Below, piece after piece: positions 51,401-60,881 of a DNA stretch of 64,000 nt (its first letter is position 1; each line of letters starts with the position of its first letter). Both the position numbers and the translations under genes were made by a program. A model generated the notes under the pieces. The model worked only from the letters and a program-made list of their open reading frames with translations, made no database searches and had not been told where the DNA came from. Source of the DNA: Squalus acanthias (lineage: Eukaryota); assembly GCA_030390025.1 (NCBI GenBank), contig CM059431.1:110362001-110426000 (forward strand). The letters run 5' to 3'.

Positions 51401-53008
51401 CACATCCGTTAACACCCTGGACGAATAGACAACCGGCCTCAGCTTGCCGTGGCGCTCTTGGAGCAGCACAGCGCTCAAGCTGTCTCCGCTGGCAGCTACC
51501 TCCAGGAAAAACTCCTTCCCCCCATCTATGGCCCCTAAAGCTGGCGCGGTCTGCAAATCCCTTTTTAACTTCTCGAAGGCTGCTTGGCAGCCCTCGTCCC
51601 AAGACCACTCCACTCCCTTATGGAGGAGTCGGAGCAGCGGCGCCGCTGTGGCCGCATAGTCTTCGATAAAATCCCTGCAGTAACCGGTCAGTCCCAAAAA
51701 GGACCTCACACCCCTTATGGTGTTGGGAATCGGTAACTCTTGCACCGACTCCCTCCTAGCCTTATCTATGGCTCTTTCCCCAGCGCGAATGGTCAGCCCC
51801 AGGAATTTTACTTCCTGCTGACCGATACGTGCTTTCTTAGGGTTCACTTTAAAACCCTTTCTCGCTAGCAGCTCCAATAATTCGGCCAGCAGTGGTCCAT
51901 GCTCCTCCCTTGAATCCGTAAATAGGAGCAAATCATCCACGTACTGCACTATCTGATTGGGCTGACTAAACTCCTTTAAACTTCCTGCCATACACTGATG
52001 GAAAATACTGGGGCTGTTGTGGAAACCCTGTGGCAGACAGTTCCATGTGTACTGTTGTCCTTTGAAAGTAAAGGCAAACTTGTACTGGTCCTCTCGCCGC
52101 AGCGGGATGGACCAAAAACCGTTCGAGATATCCAGCACCGTGAATGTGGTCGCGGACGCTGGGATACTCCCTATTAGGTCAGCGACTGCTGCTACCGTGG
52201 GCGCGCAGGCGGGAATGTTACTGTTAAGGACTCTGTAGTCCACCGTGGCCCTCCACGAATTATCCGGCTTCCTAACCGGCCATAATGGGGAGTTCACGTG
52301 TGTGGCTATCGGCCTCAACACGCCCTGCTGCACCAAGGAGGACATTGCTGTCTCCATATCGGGTTCTGCTTCTTTGGGGAAGTTATACTGCTTTTGGGGC
52401 CGGGTCATGGGGTCCCCATCTACGCTGACCTCAAACCCGGTAACCCTCCCACAATCGTGCTTGTGGGTTGCAAACGCGTGCATATTATCTGACACATACG
52501 TTTGCATGTCCGTTGGGACATCCGCGACCATAAGCCCGAGGTCGTAGCCTCCGGATGGCTTCATGGTACACAGGGCCCCTGTTTCTTCCTCCCCCGGAAT
52601 TACCACTACCTCGCCGTCTCCACCCTTAGCCCCCCAGAGACAGTGATTCCTGAGGTCCACGAGGATCCCGTGCCCTGATAGGAGATCGGACCCGAGGATA
52701 CCTCTCCCACCCCCCTCATGCCATTTCATCAGTATGCACTTCCACGTGATGTGGAGTGTTCCTAAACGAATGGATAGCGGAAGGGAGAACGCGCCAGCCT
52801 GTTCTTTTCCCGTGAACCCCGCTAATGTGAATGGGACCTTGGTAGATAGCGGTGAGTCAAAAGGGCTATCTGTATGAATCACGGTGCAAGAAGCTCCCGT
52901 GTCCAACAAATAACTACCCTTCTGTTGCTCTACCTCCATCTCCACCAGGGGTCGCTTCCACGCATCATAGCTGAGCGGACACAGGTAGACGGGCTGCGCG
53001 GGCTCTAG
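48485..53008 (-). CDS. pol: Pol polyprotein: protease, RT, degenerate RNase H/tether, RNase H, integrase, acidic tail
   Basis: LLDTGAS; VLDISNGFW, LPQGFHNSP, YVDD; EVAAS...YSSR; YVDGS...AEL...SDS...KAH...NQQAD; HHCC, DDE and GPY. The frame is open from the gag stop at 53009. Confidence 0.95.
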   Translation of the reverse strand, partial: LEPAQPVYLCPLSYDAWKRPLVEMEVEQQKGSYLLDTGASCTVIHTDSPFDSPLSTKVPFTLAGFTGKEQAGAFSLPLSIRLGTLHITWKCILMKWHEGGGRGILGSDLLSGHGILVDLRNHCLWGAKGGDGEVVVIPGEEETGALCTMKPSGGYDLGLMVADVPTDMQTYVSDNMHAFATHKHDCGRVTGFEVSVDGDPMTRPQKQYNFPKEAEPDMETAMSSLVQQGVLRPIATHVNSPLWPVRKPDNSWRATVDYRVLNSNIPACAPTVAAVADLIGSIPASATTFTVLDISNGFWSIPLRREDQYKFAFTFKGQQYTWNCLPQGFHNSPSIFHQCMAGSLKEFSQPNQIVQYVDDLLLFTDSREEHGPLLAELLELLARKGFKVNPKKARIGQQEVKFLGLTIRAGERAIDKARRESVQELPIPNTIRGVRSFLGLTGYCRDFIEDYAATAAPLLRLLHKGVEWSWDEGCQAAFEKLKRDLQTAPALGAIDGGKEFFLEVAASGDSLSAVLLQERHGKLRPVVYSSRVLTDVERSFSNCERRLLATHWAVKRSAIFTGLSPITLLTHHTPTKMLLDGRIKDGTVSSVRIARWTLLLSQMDLRVKGLCEPRLAANLVYPGTAHQCSVEGVWEVNIGLRAGIHPTGREIYVDGSSTVSAGERLTGCGVYDPAANLALAIKLPSTMSAQQAELSAVVYVVTHPEIFPTPYTICSDSMFTCNSCTEYLAIWSRRGYTSADGRPLTVKPLLEKILAAVGEEGEIFIHKVKAHSSTEPLGEGNQQADALAREGARNGIFWDPYGPRPMAAIQGRDGNPGNTRVALPRDLKTVQNQDPALKAVLKTLAEGKQVEGPYSTATLSVKEGMLFREEQWVVPQQHRREFLQLAHEGPGAGHPGPEVTWQRVEQAGWWPGLREQVREFCASCLVCAANNPDPQKRKVPMGHVRRVEGPWQSIQIDYIGPLPTTQGGYKYCLVLVDVFSKWVEAFPCRTATALGTAKILVREVFSRWGLPRFVESDQGSHFTGQVMQNTLMLLGIEGKWHVAHNPQSSGIVERMNRTLKEKLRKETMNSPQKWAEVLPFVLMGVRASQSKSTGYSPHEVMTRRIMRTPTHVLAPVLTEGQLQEISRDKFVQTLLERLKQVYEQAAGNMGRQHQGNRLLLEPRKTREWEVGDQVMVRNYARVGSLEPLYMGPYNIVDKASPMVYAVKVPRRTKWFHVNQCKLYKPGTQGPTTGAKPASGDSQPQVGPQGTQAGKAACIREGDILENYETFLWGWESDEGEFKELDEDSESEDSEDSDEEELESEDERVAPDSGIGGTGAADRDPHRVEAEAAGPERRGEEPGEAEPAAVMGPQGVAKEASEPEPPALNVLPSREVGTASEGPPTGPSRAVPQAADPEFREAEPGEAEPGEAEPATVAGPQVATVEVSEPGPSVLEFLPPVTLRRSGRIPQPRKVWSSPQSIPRRRLKVKAAQGEPSPSAAATGCGRSKGGVNALPPSGKARGSLFRI

Positions 53009-54814
53009 TCATTGGGTACTATTAGACGGGGCTGTGGCACCTGCGGGGCTGGTAGCAACCGCCACTTTTCCATGCGCACTCATGAGGTTACGCATGGCTC
53101 CCAACACTGTTTCGATCGCGTCGGGATGGATGGGTGTACTAGCTTCCCTATCAGAGACAGGCGCCTGGGCTCGGGCTGCGGGATTTTTATCCCTGGAATC
53201 CTTCCAAGGGTTCCTGCAGTTCTTGCGCCAGTGCCCTGTCTTCCCACACCCGTAACAAGCATTACTGGCCTGCGGGGCGCGGTTACCCTCCTGATGCCAC
53301 TCCTTTTGAGCCGGGGCTGCGGGTCGTGCCTCATGCACCTTTCCCTTAAGGGGACGTGCTCCCATACTTCTGGTATTACGGTACCCCACCGTGAGTCGAT
53401 TTAGGACCGACTCCTCTGTAGTGGTGGGGTCCGTGGGATCAAACCACGCTTTTGCCTGCTCCCTGACGGCTGGCAAACTGTTGGCTACTATACACCTGAG
53501 CCAATGAGTTAAACCGATGTCTGCCACATCGGCGCGCTCTGGCGCACCTGGGCAGCTACGCTGGTATACTGGCCACAGACTGGCGGCGAAAACCTTCGGG
53601 GGTTCTCCCTCCATCTGCACTGTCTGTCCCAGTCTAACAAACGGACCTTCATCGTCCGCTCCCAATACTTCTAGGACCTCATTTCTTAGTGCCCCATAGG
53701 TCTTAGTTCCCCTCTTGCTCTCGTCTGAGAGACACTGAAGGATCGAACTACCTAATGAGAATAACAGCATCTTTGCTGTTTCCCCATCGTCGCAGCCGTT
53801 AATGGCTGCGGTTTGCTCTATTTCCCTAAAATGTACGGAAGGGTCGTCTGACTCGGCCAGCTTCGGTACGTGACTGATCATAATCCTCAGCTGGTGTGAG
53901 CTGTGAGGCAACACAAGCTGGTTGAGGAGATCCCCTTGTTCCCCACCGTCTCTGTTCGGGCCCCTTTTGATACCCGTGACCGGACACAACGGTCCCGGTT
54001 CCACTTCTACCTCGGCGGGCTCTTTCGTTACTTCTACCACTTTCTCCCTTACCCAGGTTTCCGAATAGCTGGGTGGCGCGGAGGGCGTAGTGGCTAATAC
54101 TTCCTCTGCTTTGTTTGGTGGGGATTTCTGAAATTCCTCATCCACTAGCGGCTGGTGTGCTGACGGACTGATAAGGCACACCATGCCGTGCGCTTTGTTC
54201 ACGGCCCTTTTAAGGTGCTCTATCTCCTTTTGGCAGACGCTGTGATCGGCCCCCTGAAATTTATCCTCGAGGGCCATCTTATATGCCGCCCTAACCCCCG
54301 TTAAGCTCTCTTCCTGGGCTTTTATTTGGGCAGCTTGGCGGGCACATCGTTCCTTTAATCTGCCCTCACTTAACTTTGCCTCAGTGACCTGGTACTCGAG
54401 GTAACCTATTTTTGCTTTATGGTGGTTGGTGACTACCTGGCGTTCTTGATGCAACGCATTTAAAGTCGTGATGAGCTGCTGCCTCCCCGCGACCTTCTCG
54501 TCCATTTCCACCTCTAAACGCCTGATCCGAGCTGCTTGCGCTGTAATGACCTGGTCCGAAATTTGGACTTCTCTTTTATAGCACATCAGCCAGACCGCTT
54601 TCTCCACTGCCTTTTTATGTTCTTTGCTATCTGTCCACCTCTCGGCTGCCTCTAGTGGACACTTATCCACCAGCAGGTCACTTATCCATTTCTTAGTCAA
54701 ATTTACTTTTCCGAACACATAATCTGCTATTCTGTCTTCCATGACATTTCGCCCAATCATACCAAAGTCTAACACATTACCCTCTCGCTGCCAGTGTCCT
54801 GCCGCGGTCGCCAT
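53009..54814 (-). CDS. gag: Gag polyprotein, 601 aa
   Basis: Position after the 5' LTR; N-terminal coiled coil; PSAPPSY late domain; capsid-like region; CYGCGKTGHWRKNC CCHC zinc knuckle. Confidence 0.92.
   Translation of the reverse strand: MATAAGHWQREGNVLDFGMIGRNVMEDRIADYVFGKVNLTKKWISDLLVDKCPLEAAERWTDSKEHKKAVEKAVWLMCYKREVQISDQVITAQAARIRRLEVEMDEKVAGRQQLITTLNALHQERQVVTNHHKAKIGYLEYQVTEAKLSEGRLKERCARQAAQIKAQEESLTGVRAAYKMALEDKFQGADHSVCQKEIEHLKRAVNKAHGMVCLISPSAHQPLVDEEFQKSPPNKAEEVLATTPSAPPSYSETWVREKVVEVTKEPAEVEVEPGPLCPVTGIKRGPNRDGGEQGDLLNQLVLPHSSHQLRIMISHVPKLAESDDPSVHFREIEQTAAINGCDDGETAKMLLFSLGSSILQCLSDESKRGTKTYGALRNEVLEVLGADDEGPFVRLGQTVQMEGEPPKVFAASLWPVYQRSCPGAPERADVADIGLTHWLRCIVANSLPAVREQAKAWFDPTDPTTTEESVLNRLTVGYRNTRSMGARPLKGKVHEARPAAPAQKEWHQEGNRAPQASNACYGCGKTGHWRKNCRNPWKDSRDKNPAARAQAPVSDREASTPIHPDAIETVLGAMRNLMSAHGKVAVATSPAGATAPSNSTQ
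54796..54813 (-). promoter_or_regulatory. Primer binding site, tRNA-Ser-like (tentative)
   Basis: TGGCGACCGCGGCAGGAC, 5 nt after the 5' LTR; TGGCG....CGGCAGGA resembles the complement of vertebrate tRNA-Ser 3' ends, with mismatches. Confidence 0.65.
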
Positions 54815-54818
54815 TTTC

Positions 54819-56489
54819 TGTAAGGGTTTTGACCCGTGTGGCTCTGTGCTCAGCCTGGGTGCTAGTGCGAGGTTAGGCCTTGTTGCCTGTTCTGGTCTCC
54901 AGCCAGTCTGGGAGCACTAGACACCTGTGAGTGGTTCGACCCACTCGCCCTTACGGTTCTGACACTGGACTTAGATGCGAGAGCAATAATGGAGAGAAAA
55001 CTCAGGTAGACCCGGTTGAATGGTACGAAATGGAAAATCTTTATTGCATATTATTCAAGATTACGAAATACATGTCATAAGCACAGATTAATGACAGTAC
55101 AATCTTACACGCAGTTATGTAACTAATTTCAGGGAAACGAGGAACGAACGACACATCGTAAATGGGGGCACACATTACAGTTATCCTTAAAACTTAAACC
55201 CTCCCCTATCAATACCTGCTCTAAACTAGATTTGTAGGATCGAGACTCATGCTCACCACTCGTGATAACTCGGAGAATTCCGAAAACTCTGCTCGGATGT
55301 TTTTACCGCAGCACCTGATCACCCACATGTTGATCAGGGGTCTCTGTACCCCACTTGTTTACTCGTTTCTGCTCCGGCTAGCAGGCTGGACTGTCTGCTG
55401 TCATGAAGATCTGTGTTGTTCTCGGAGTTCCGACACTACTCAAAAAAAAAAAGTCTTCCTGTGCCCTCGCCCTGATGCGATAAAACTCGAAGAATAGTCT
55501 TCCGATGCCAGTTCTGTAAAGCTCAAAAGATAGTCTTCCTGGGCAAGGAAATTGTCTATTTGACCTACAGGCGCGGTCGGGGCTTACTGACCGTGGCGAA
55601 ACGTATGGTCGTCTTCTTCTCTTCTCATCTCATCTCATCTCATCTCGGGCCTTCGGTTCCAACACCGTTTACCGACTTCTCGGGATGGTGTGCCCATTTC
55701 AAGGCTTCACAGCCCAGTTCCACACAGATCTTCGCGGCAAGCCACGAGGCTGATTCTGGCGGATCAGAAAGTTCAACAGTCTTTCAGCAAGTCAAACAGC
55801 AAGAGCTGCAAGAGGCAGAGGCACGATGCAAGCGGCAAGAGGCAGGAGAATAAGAGAAAGATGGACGGTTGTAGTTTACAGTTATAGTGCTGAAACTCTT
55901 CTTTTCCCGCCCAACCTTAATGTCTTTTCTTTTGTTAGGGTTTTGGCGCTCAAATTTCTTGTATAGGGTGATCTCCGTTTTAATGGGTTTCGGGGATACT
56001 CGTAACTGTCTGAGTACCTGTTAATATTTTTCCCATTGTGTAACCGGTCAGTATTCTCCCTGGAGGGGTTTTGGGGCTTCCAAATGTTTTCTGTAACTAC
56101 CCGCAAACGGCTCTCTCATCGTAGAGTCGTGGGGATTTTGCATATTAATGTCTTTGGATGGGTTCTCGATCGCTTGGTACAATAGCCCTTATTCGCACCT
56201 GGGAGACCGATTTCAGTATTTATGTGTATACTGCAAACCCATAATGTCTCGTGTATTATCTCAAATGTGCTGAGTCTTGATCGATCTCGCACAAATGTTT
56301 ATTGGAACGCCATCTTGTCTGCTTATCGAAAAGTCTAGAATGTTCTGCCACGAGGCGTGGCGGCCATTTTACAGGCTGCTTGTGTCCACTTTGAAAACCT
56401 GACAGCATTCTGCTGAAATAAAGCTGTTTGAACGAAACTATGTGTTTTCTTCTTATTTATAAAATCGCGATTATATTGTGAATTCTACA
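54819..56489 (-). repeat. 5' LTR (1671 bp)
   Basis: Direct repeat of 43666-45336; only three substitutions noticed by eye. Confidence 0.97.
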
Positions 56490-56873
56490 CTTGAGAGGCC
56501 GGTGGAGCACCCCTGCTCCTCCTGGTCCACAAGGTGTGTTGGATGGGACACTTGCCTTGTGGCACCAGCAGCTCCCATCTCCCTTTCACTGCCGGGTTTC
56601 CCGAACCCTGGGAAACCGGTGCAGCAGCAGTGAATTTGAAATCAGGCTCCCAATTATACTGTCGGAGCCCAATTTAAATATGTTGATGAAGTGCGCCGCC
56701 TCTCCATGGCAGGACACTCGGATGCCACAAAACCCACCGGCGTAATAACGGCAATGTGTGTGCGCGCGGCAGGATAGGGTCGCGTTTTGCGCATTTGACG
56801 GTTTAACCTCCCCCGCCCCCCTCCCCCCCCCGTCATCCTCTCCCTCCCATCATGGAGGGGCTAATATTGAGGC
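56490..56873. mobile_element. Right half of the MITE split by the provirus
   Basis: GGAGCACCCCTGCTCCTCCTGG motif shared with other MITEs in the window (e.g. ~12520); ends GCTAATATTGAGGC. Confidence 0.5.
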
Positions 56874-57326
56874 AAGTGACTAAGAGGGCAATTGTATGAA
56901 CTGAGCCAGTTACAAGGGAGGCACTCGAGAGTGGAATGGTGATCTCGTTGTCCCTGATTGCTAGCGGTGCTTCCCCAACACTGTAGGAGTTCGTGGACGT
57001 GACTGCACATCCTGCCGCTGCCTGGCATTGTCGGTTTGAGGTCCAACACTTTCCGATGGATGCTTACTTGCTGTCGTGTCTGACATCCAATCCTATTTCA
57101 GCCCAACACCAGCATGTTCTTCAGTGTAGAATAAAAGTTGCGATTCTGAATGGTCATATATTTTGTATATATCAGAAATGTGTCACCCTATTCTTAATAC
57201 AGCTTTAAGACAAATTCCGGTCTCCCCTAGATACCACTTGGGTTCAAGTGCTTTCGGTTGCTCCCTCAAGTGGTCTGAGCTTCTCATTTCTGTGAAGTTG
57301 AAGCTCACTGCACTATATCTACTGGA

Positions 57327-57558
57327 AAGATTTGCATTTATATAGCGCCTTTCACAACCACCGGACGACCCAAAGCACTTTACAGCCAATGAAATACTTT
57401 TGAAGTGTAGTCACTGTTGTAATGCAGGAAACGCGGCAGCCAATTTGTGCACAGCAAGCTCCCACAAACAGCAATGTGATAATGACCAGATAACCTGTTT
57501 TAGTGATGTTGATTGAGGGATAAATATTGGCCCCAGGACACCGGGGAGAACTCCCCTG
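57327..57558 (-). mobile_element. DeuSINE 3' half, reverse strand
   Basis: Reverse complement of the SINE core and tail. Confidence 0.75.
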
Positions 57559-57688
57559 TACAAAAGCATGACCTGGGGATGTAACAATAGCATCCCTTTG
57601 TGATTTGGCCTGGATACTTGCACATGTTTTTCCTCAGTCTCCCCAGTGTTGGACCAAGTTACCACATGGTGAAGTGACTAGTTTCATC

Positions 57689-57808
57689 CAACAACAACAA
57701 CAACAACAACTTGTATTTCTATAGCGCCATTAACGTAGTAAAATGTCCCAAGGCGCTGCACAGGAGTATTTTAAGACAAAATATTTGACACCGAGCCACA
57801 TAAGGAGA
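57689..57808 (-). mobile_element. L2 3' end, reverse strand
   Basis: (CAA)n followed by the reverse complement of the L2 tail. Confidence 0.7.
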
Positions 57809-57814
57809 AATTAC

Positions 57815-58027
57815 ACACCATCCTGACTTAGAAATATATCACGGATCCTTCATCGTCTCTGGGTCAAAATCCTGGAACTCCCTCCCTAACAGCATTGTGG
57901 GAGCACCTTCACCACACGGACTGCAGTGGTTCAAGAAGGCGGCTCACCACCACCTTCTCAATTATGGATGGACAATAAATGCTGGCCTTGCCAACGATGC
58001 CTACATCCCATGAATGAATAAAAAAAT
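57815..58027 (+). mobile_element. Unclassified non-LTR retrotransposon 3' end
   Basis: GSKSWNSLPNS...FKKAAHHHLL-like C-terminus; TGAATGAATAAAAAA tail. Confidence 0.45.
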
Positions 58028-58551
58028 AGATTAGGGATGTGGCAAAGGCTTTAAACTAGTAAGATGGGGGGAGGGATCTACAAGAAACATAGCCAGCCTA
58101 ATTATAAATAAAACAGGAAAAGAGAGCATAGGAAAGAATAAAGTAAGGGAGGACATTGATGGCAAGGGAATAAATAGAGTTATAGAACTTGGGGGAGAAA
58201 TTCAGTATCGCCCCGTTTGGGGTGCAATTAAGGGCCTGGTGCAAAATTTAGCGCCTGCCGTTAATTATCGCCTCCGACTGCAAACTTGGCTTCTATCGCC
58301 CCTGGAGGTGATTGGAGTGCTAAATCAGGCGCTACACACCTCTCTTAAGGCACTAACGCCGAGGAGCGAGGCGCTAACACAGAGCGCTGGCGAAGCTCAT
58401 GTGATGTCAGTTAGTTATGGAACACAGACACACTGGCGCCGGCCAGTTCTTAAAGCGGAGGGTCGATCTTGCTCTCCAGCCACACCCTGCTCATTGCAGC
58501 CTTGAATCTCGGCCTGGACAGACCTGAACTTGCATTCTACTGGAAAGAAGA

Positions 58552-60576
58552 ATGGAGAGGCCCAGGGAACGAGCTCAGCACTTCAACGACCGGGCCTTGG
58601 TGGCTCTGGTTGGCGCAGTGGAGTGGCGAAGGGCCGTACTCTACCCACAGAGTGGCAGGAGGCCATTGCCCCGTGACTATAGAAGAGTGTGGAGGGAGGT
58701 GGCTCAGCACGTCTCCTCCAGGAGCCTGGTACCCAGGACCCACACCCAATGTCGGAAGAAGTTCAACGACCTCACTCGGGTGGTCAGGGTGAGTGGCTGC
58801 TTTTCAATACCTCTCCATCCCTCCATCTCAACTTCACTCTGTGCCCAGAGGGTTTAAAAACCCCAAATTCCCAACACTCATCCAAGACCAATGGCCATCT
58901 CATAAAACACACACGCACATTCCACACCTTGCATACATTAAGGGCTATTCAACTATGGGAGGCACATCAGGCAAGCACATGGCTGCATACATTAAGGGCT
59001 ATTCAACTATGGAAGGCACATCAGGCAAGCATATGGCTGCATACATTAAGGGCTATTCAACTATGGGAGGCACATCAGGCAAGCATATGGCTGCATACAT
59101 TAAGGGCTATTTAACAATGGGAGGCACATCAGGCAAGCATATGGCTGCATACATTAAGGGCTATTTAACAATGGGAGGCACATCAGGCAAGCATATGGCT
59201 GCATACATTAAGGGCTATTTAACAATGGGAGTCACATCAGGCAAGCACATGGCTGCACATTTATTCAGACGCCGTCCTTTTTCTTGCAGGCCAAGCTCTC
59301 TCACACCAGGCACCAGCAGCAACGCACGGGCGGAGGACCGGCTGAGCTGCAGACCCTCAGCGATTTGGAGACGCGCGTCCACAGGATCGTTGCCAGCCAG
59401 GTGATAGGTACCGTGGCCGCTGGAGAGATCGACCCCCTTGGGGACAGCAATGGTAAGTTCATCAGCTTTCTCTCCTCTCTCATTCCACTTGTCCCTCACA
59501 ACACCAGCCTTTTACACTTTCAATCCAACTTACTAAATCGCTCCAGTCCTTGCTCTCTTACTGCCCCCCTGTCCTGACGCTAAAGCCACTCTTGTACCTC
59601 CCTGCTTTCAGATAGTGAACCACCAGCTGAGCAGCCTGTCCCTCAGCCAACCAGTGGGAGCGACGCCGCAGGCGAGGAGGAAGAGGAAGCCGGAGCCTCA
59701 GCGCCTGCGTCTCCCGAGGGAGCCCATGTCCACAATGGGACCACGCCTTCCCTGGAGGGGAGCAGGGGGGAAGGGTCTGATGAGGACGAAGCTCCGGGAC
59801 CCAGCGGGCTGCAGCAACGCCATGGGAGTAGGGAAGCTCGGGGGCCATCTCCCCGGAGGGCGAGTAGGCAAGCGAGTCCTGCTGCACTGGACACAGAGGA
59901 GGAGCGCGTCATCGCGGAAATGAATAGCCAGGCCTTGAACATGCATACTCAGCTCATGGGTGCAATGGCAAGGGTGCCCGAAAGCATTGATGGAATAGCA
60001 AGGAGTGTGGAGCACTCCGCTGCAGCACAGGCCAACGCAACGCAATGGCTTAGTGCTGCAAATCAGTCACTGGCTGCTGCCATCCAATCTCAGACTGCTC
60101 TCATGCAGTCTCAGATTGAGGTCACGCATGCACTGAATGCTACCATCGTCGCTGGTTCGGCCACATTGCCCCGGGGCTGTCACGGTGCTGCAGCAGGCCA
60201 GCAATCTGTGCTCGAGCAGATTGCTCCGAATGCTGAGGTACTGCCTCGTGGGAGTGCCAGTGTGTCGGTCAAGCAGGGAGGTGCTGTCCTCTCTCAGGAT
60301 GATAGCACTCCTGCTGCCACCACTGTCACTTCCCCATTACACTTGCCACCGCCTGCAACACAGCCAGCCCAGACAGCTGCCGCCCATGCAGAGTTGGTGC
60401 AGTCTGCAGCTGGTCGAGGCCGTCCTTCAAGGGCATCTGTAGTATCAGCATCTGACATTCAGCAGCCTTCCACCAGCCTTGCTGCAGCCACTGGGGCCCC
60501 ATTACGGAGGAGCAGTAGGGTGGGAAGGGGGGAAGTGCGCAAGGGATGGAGATCACCCTCGAAGGGCAAACAGTAG
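58552..60576 (+). CDS. Harbinger Myb/SANT-like DNA-binding protein; 3 exons (58552-58788, 59290-59452, 59612-60576), ~454 aa
   Basis: MERPRERAQHF...VWREVAQHVSS...RTHTQCRKKFNDL; donors GTGAGT and GTAAGT; acceptors TTGCAG and TTTCAG; exons join in frame (1365 nt). Confidence 0.8.
58931..59256 (+). repeat. 54-bp minisatellite x6 in intron 1 of the Myb/SANT gene
   Basis: GCATACATTAAGGGCTATT(C/T)AAC(T/A)ATGGGAGGCACATCAGGCAAGCA(C/T)ATGGCT tandem units. Confidence 0.95.
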
Positions 60577-60881
60577 GAGGTCTAAATAAATGGTGGGAAT
60601 GTTCGTAGTAAAGGTCGAGGTTTGGCTGATTACATTTGTTTACTGTTTTGGTGTTTTTCTCCAGCTTGTGAGAACCAGTTCTGTAAATTCATGATTTGTT
60701 TTGTTTGTTTCTAATTGTTTGTCCTGAATAAATGACGCACACAGAGTTTGTTAAATAAAAAAGTTGTTGTATTCAAAATTTACATGTTTGGCCTTTGGAA
60801 TCATTGCAGCTTTGGCCGGCTATAGGGGTTGCTTTCCATGATGTCGTTCTCCATGCCAGAAGCCATCTTCTGAGTAGGGGC

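Larger units (their letters stand above)
43666..56489 (-). mobile_element. Full-length endogenous LTR retroelement/retrovirus with env (lokiretrovirus-like)
   Basis: Two 1671-bp TGTA...TACA LTRs; CTTG TSD (43662-43665, 56490-56493); PBS, PPT and uninterrupted gag, pol and env ORFs. Confidence 0.95.

Noticed and set aside
58793..59404. 203-aa ORF with 18-aa repeats
   Set aside because: Translation of the 54-bp intronic minisatellite
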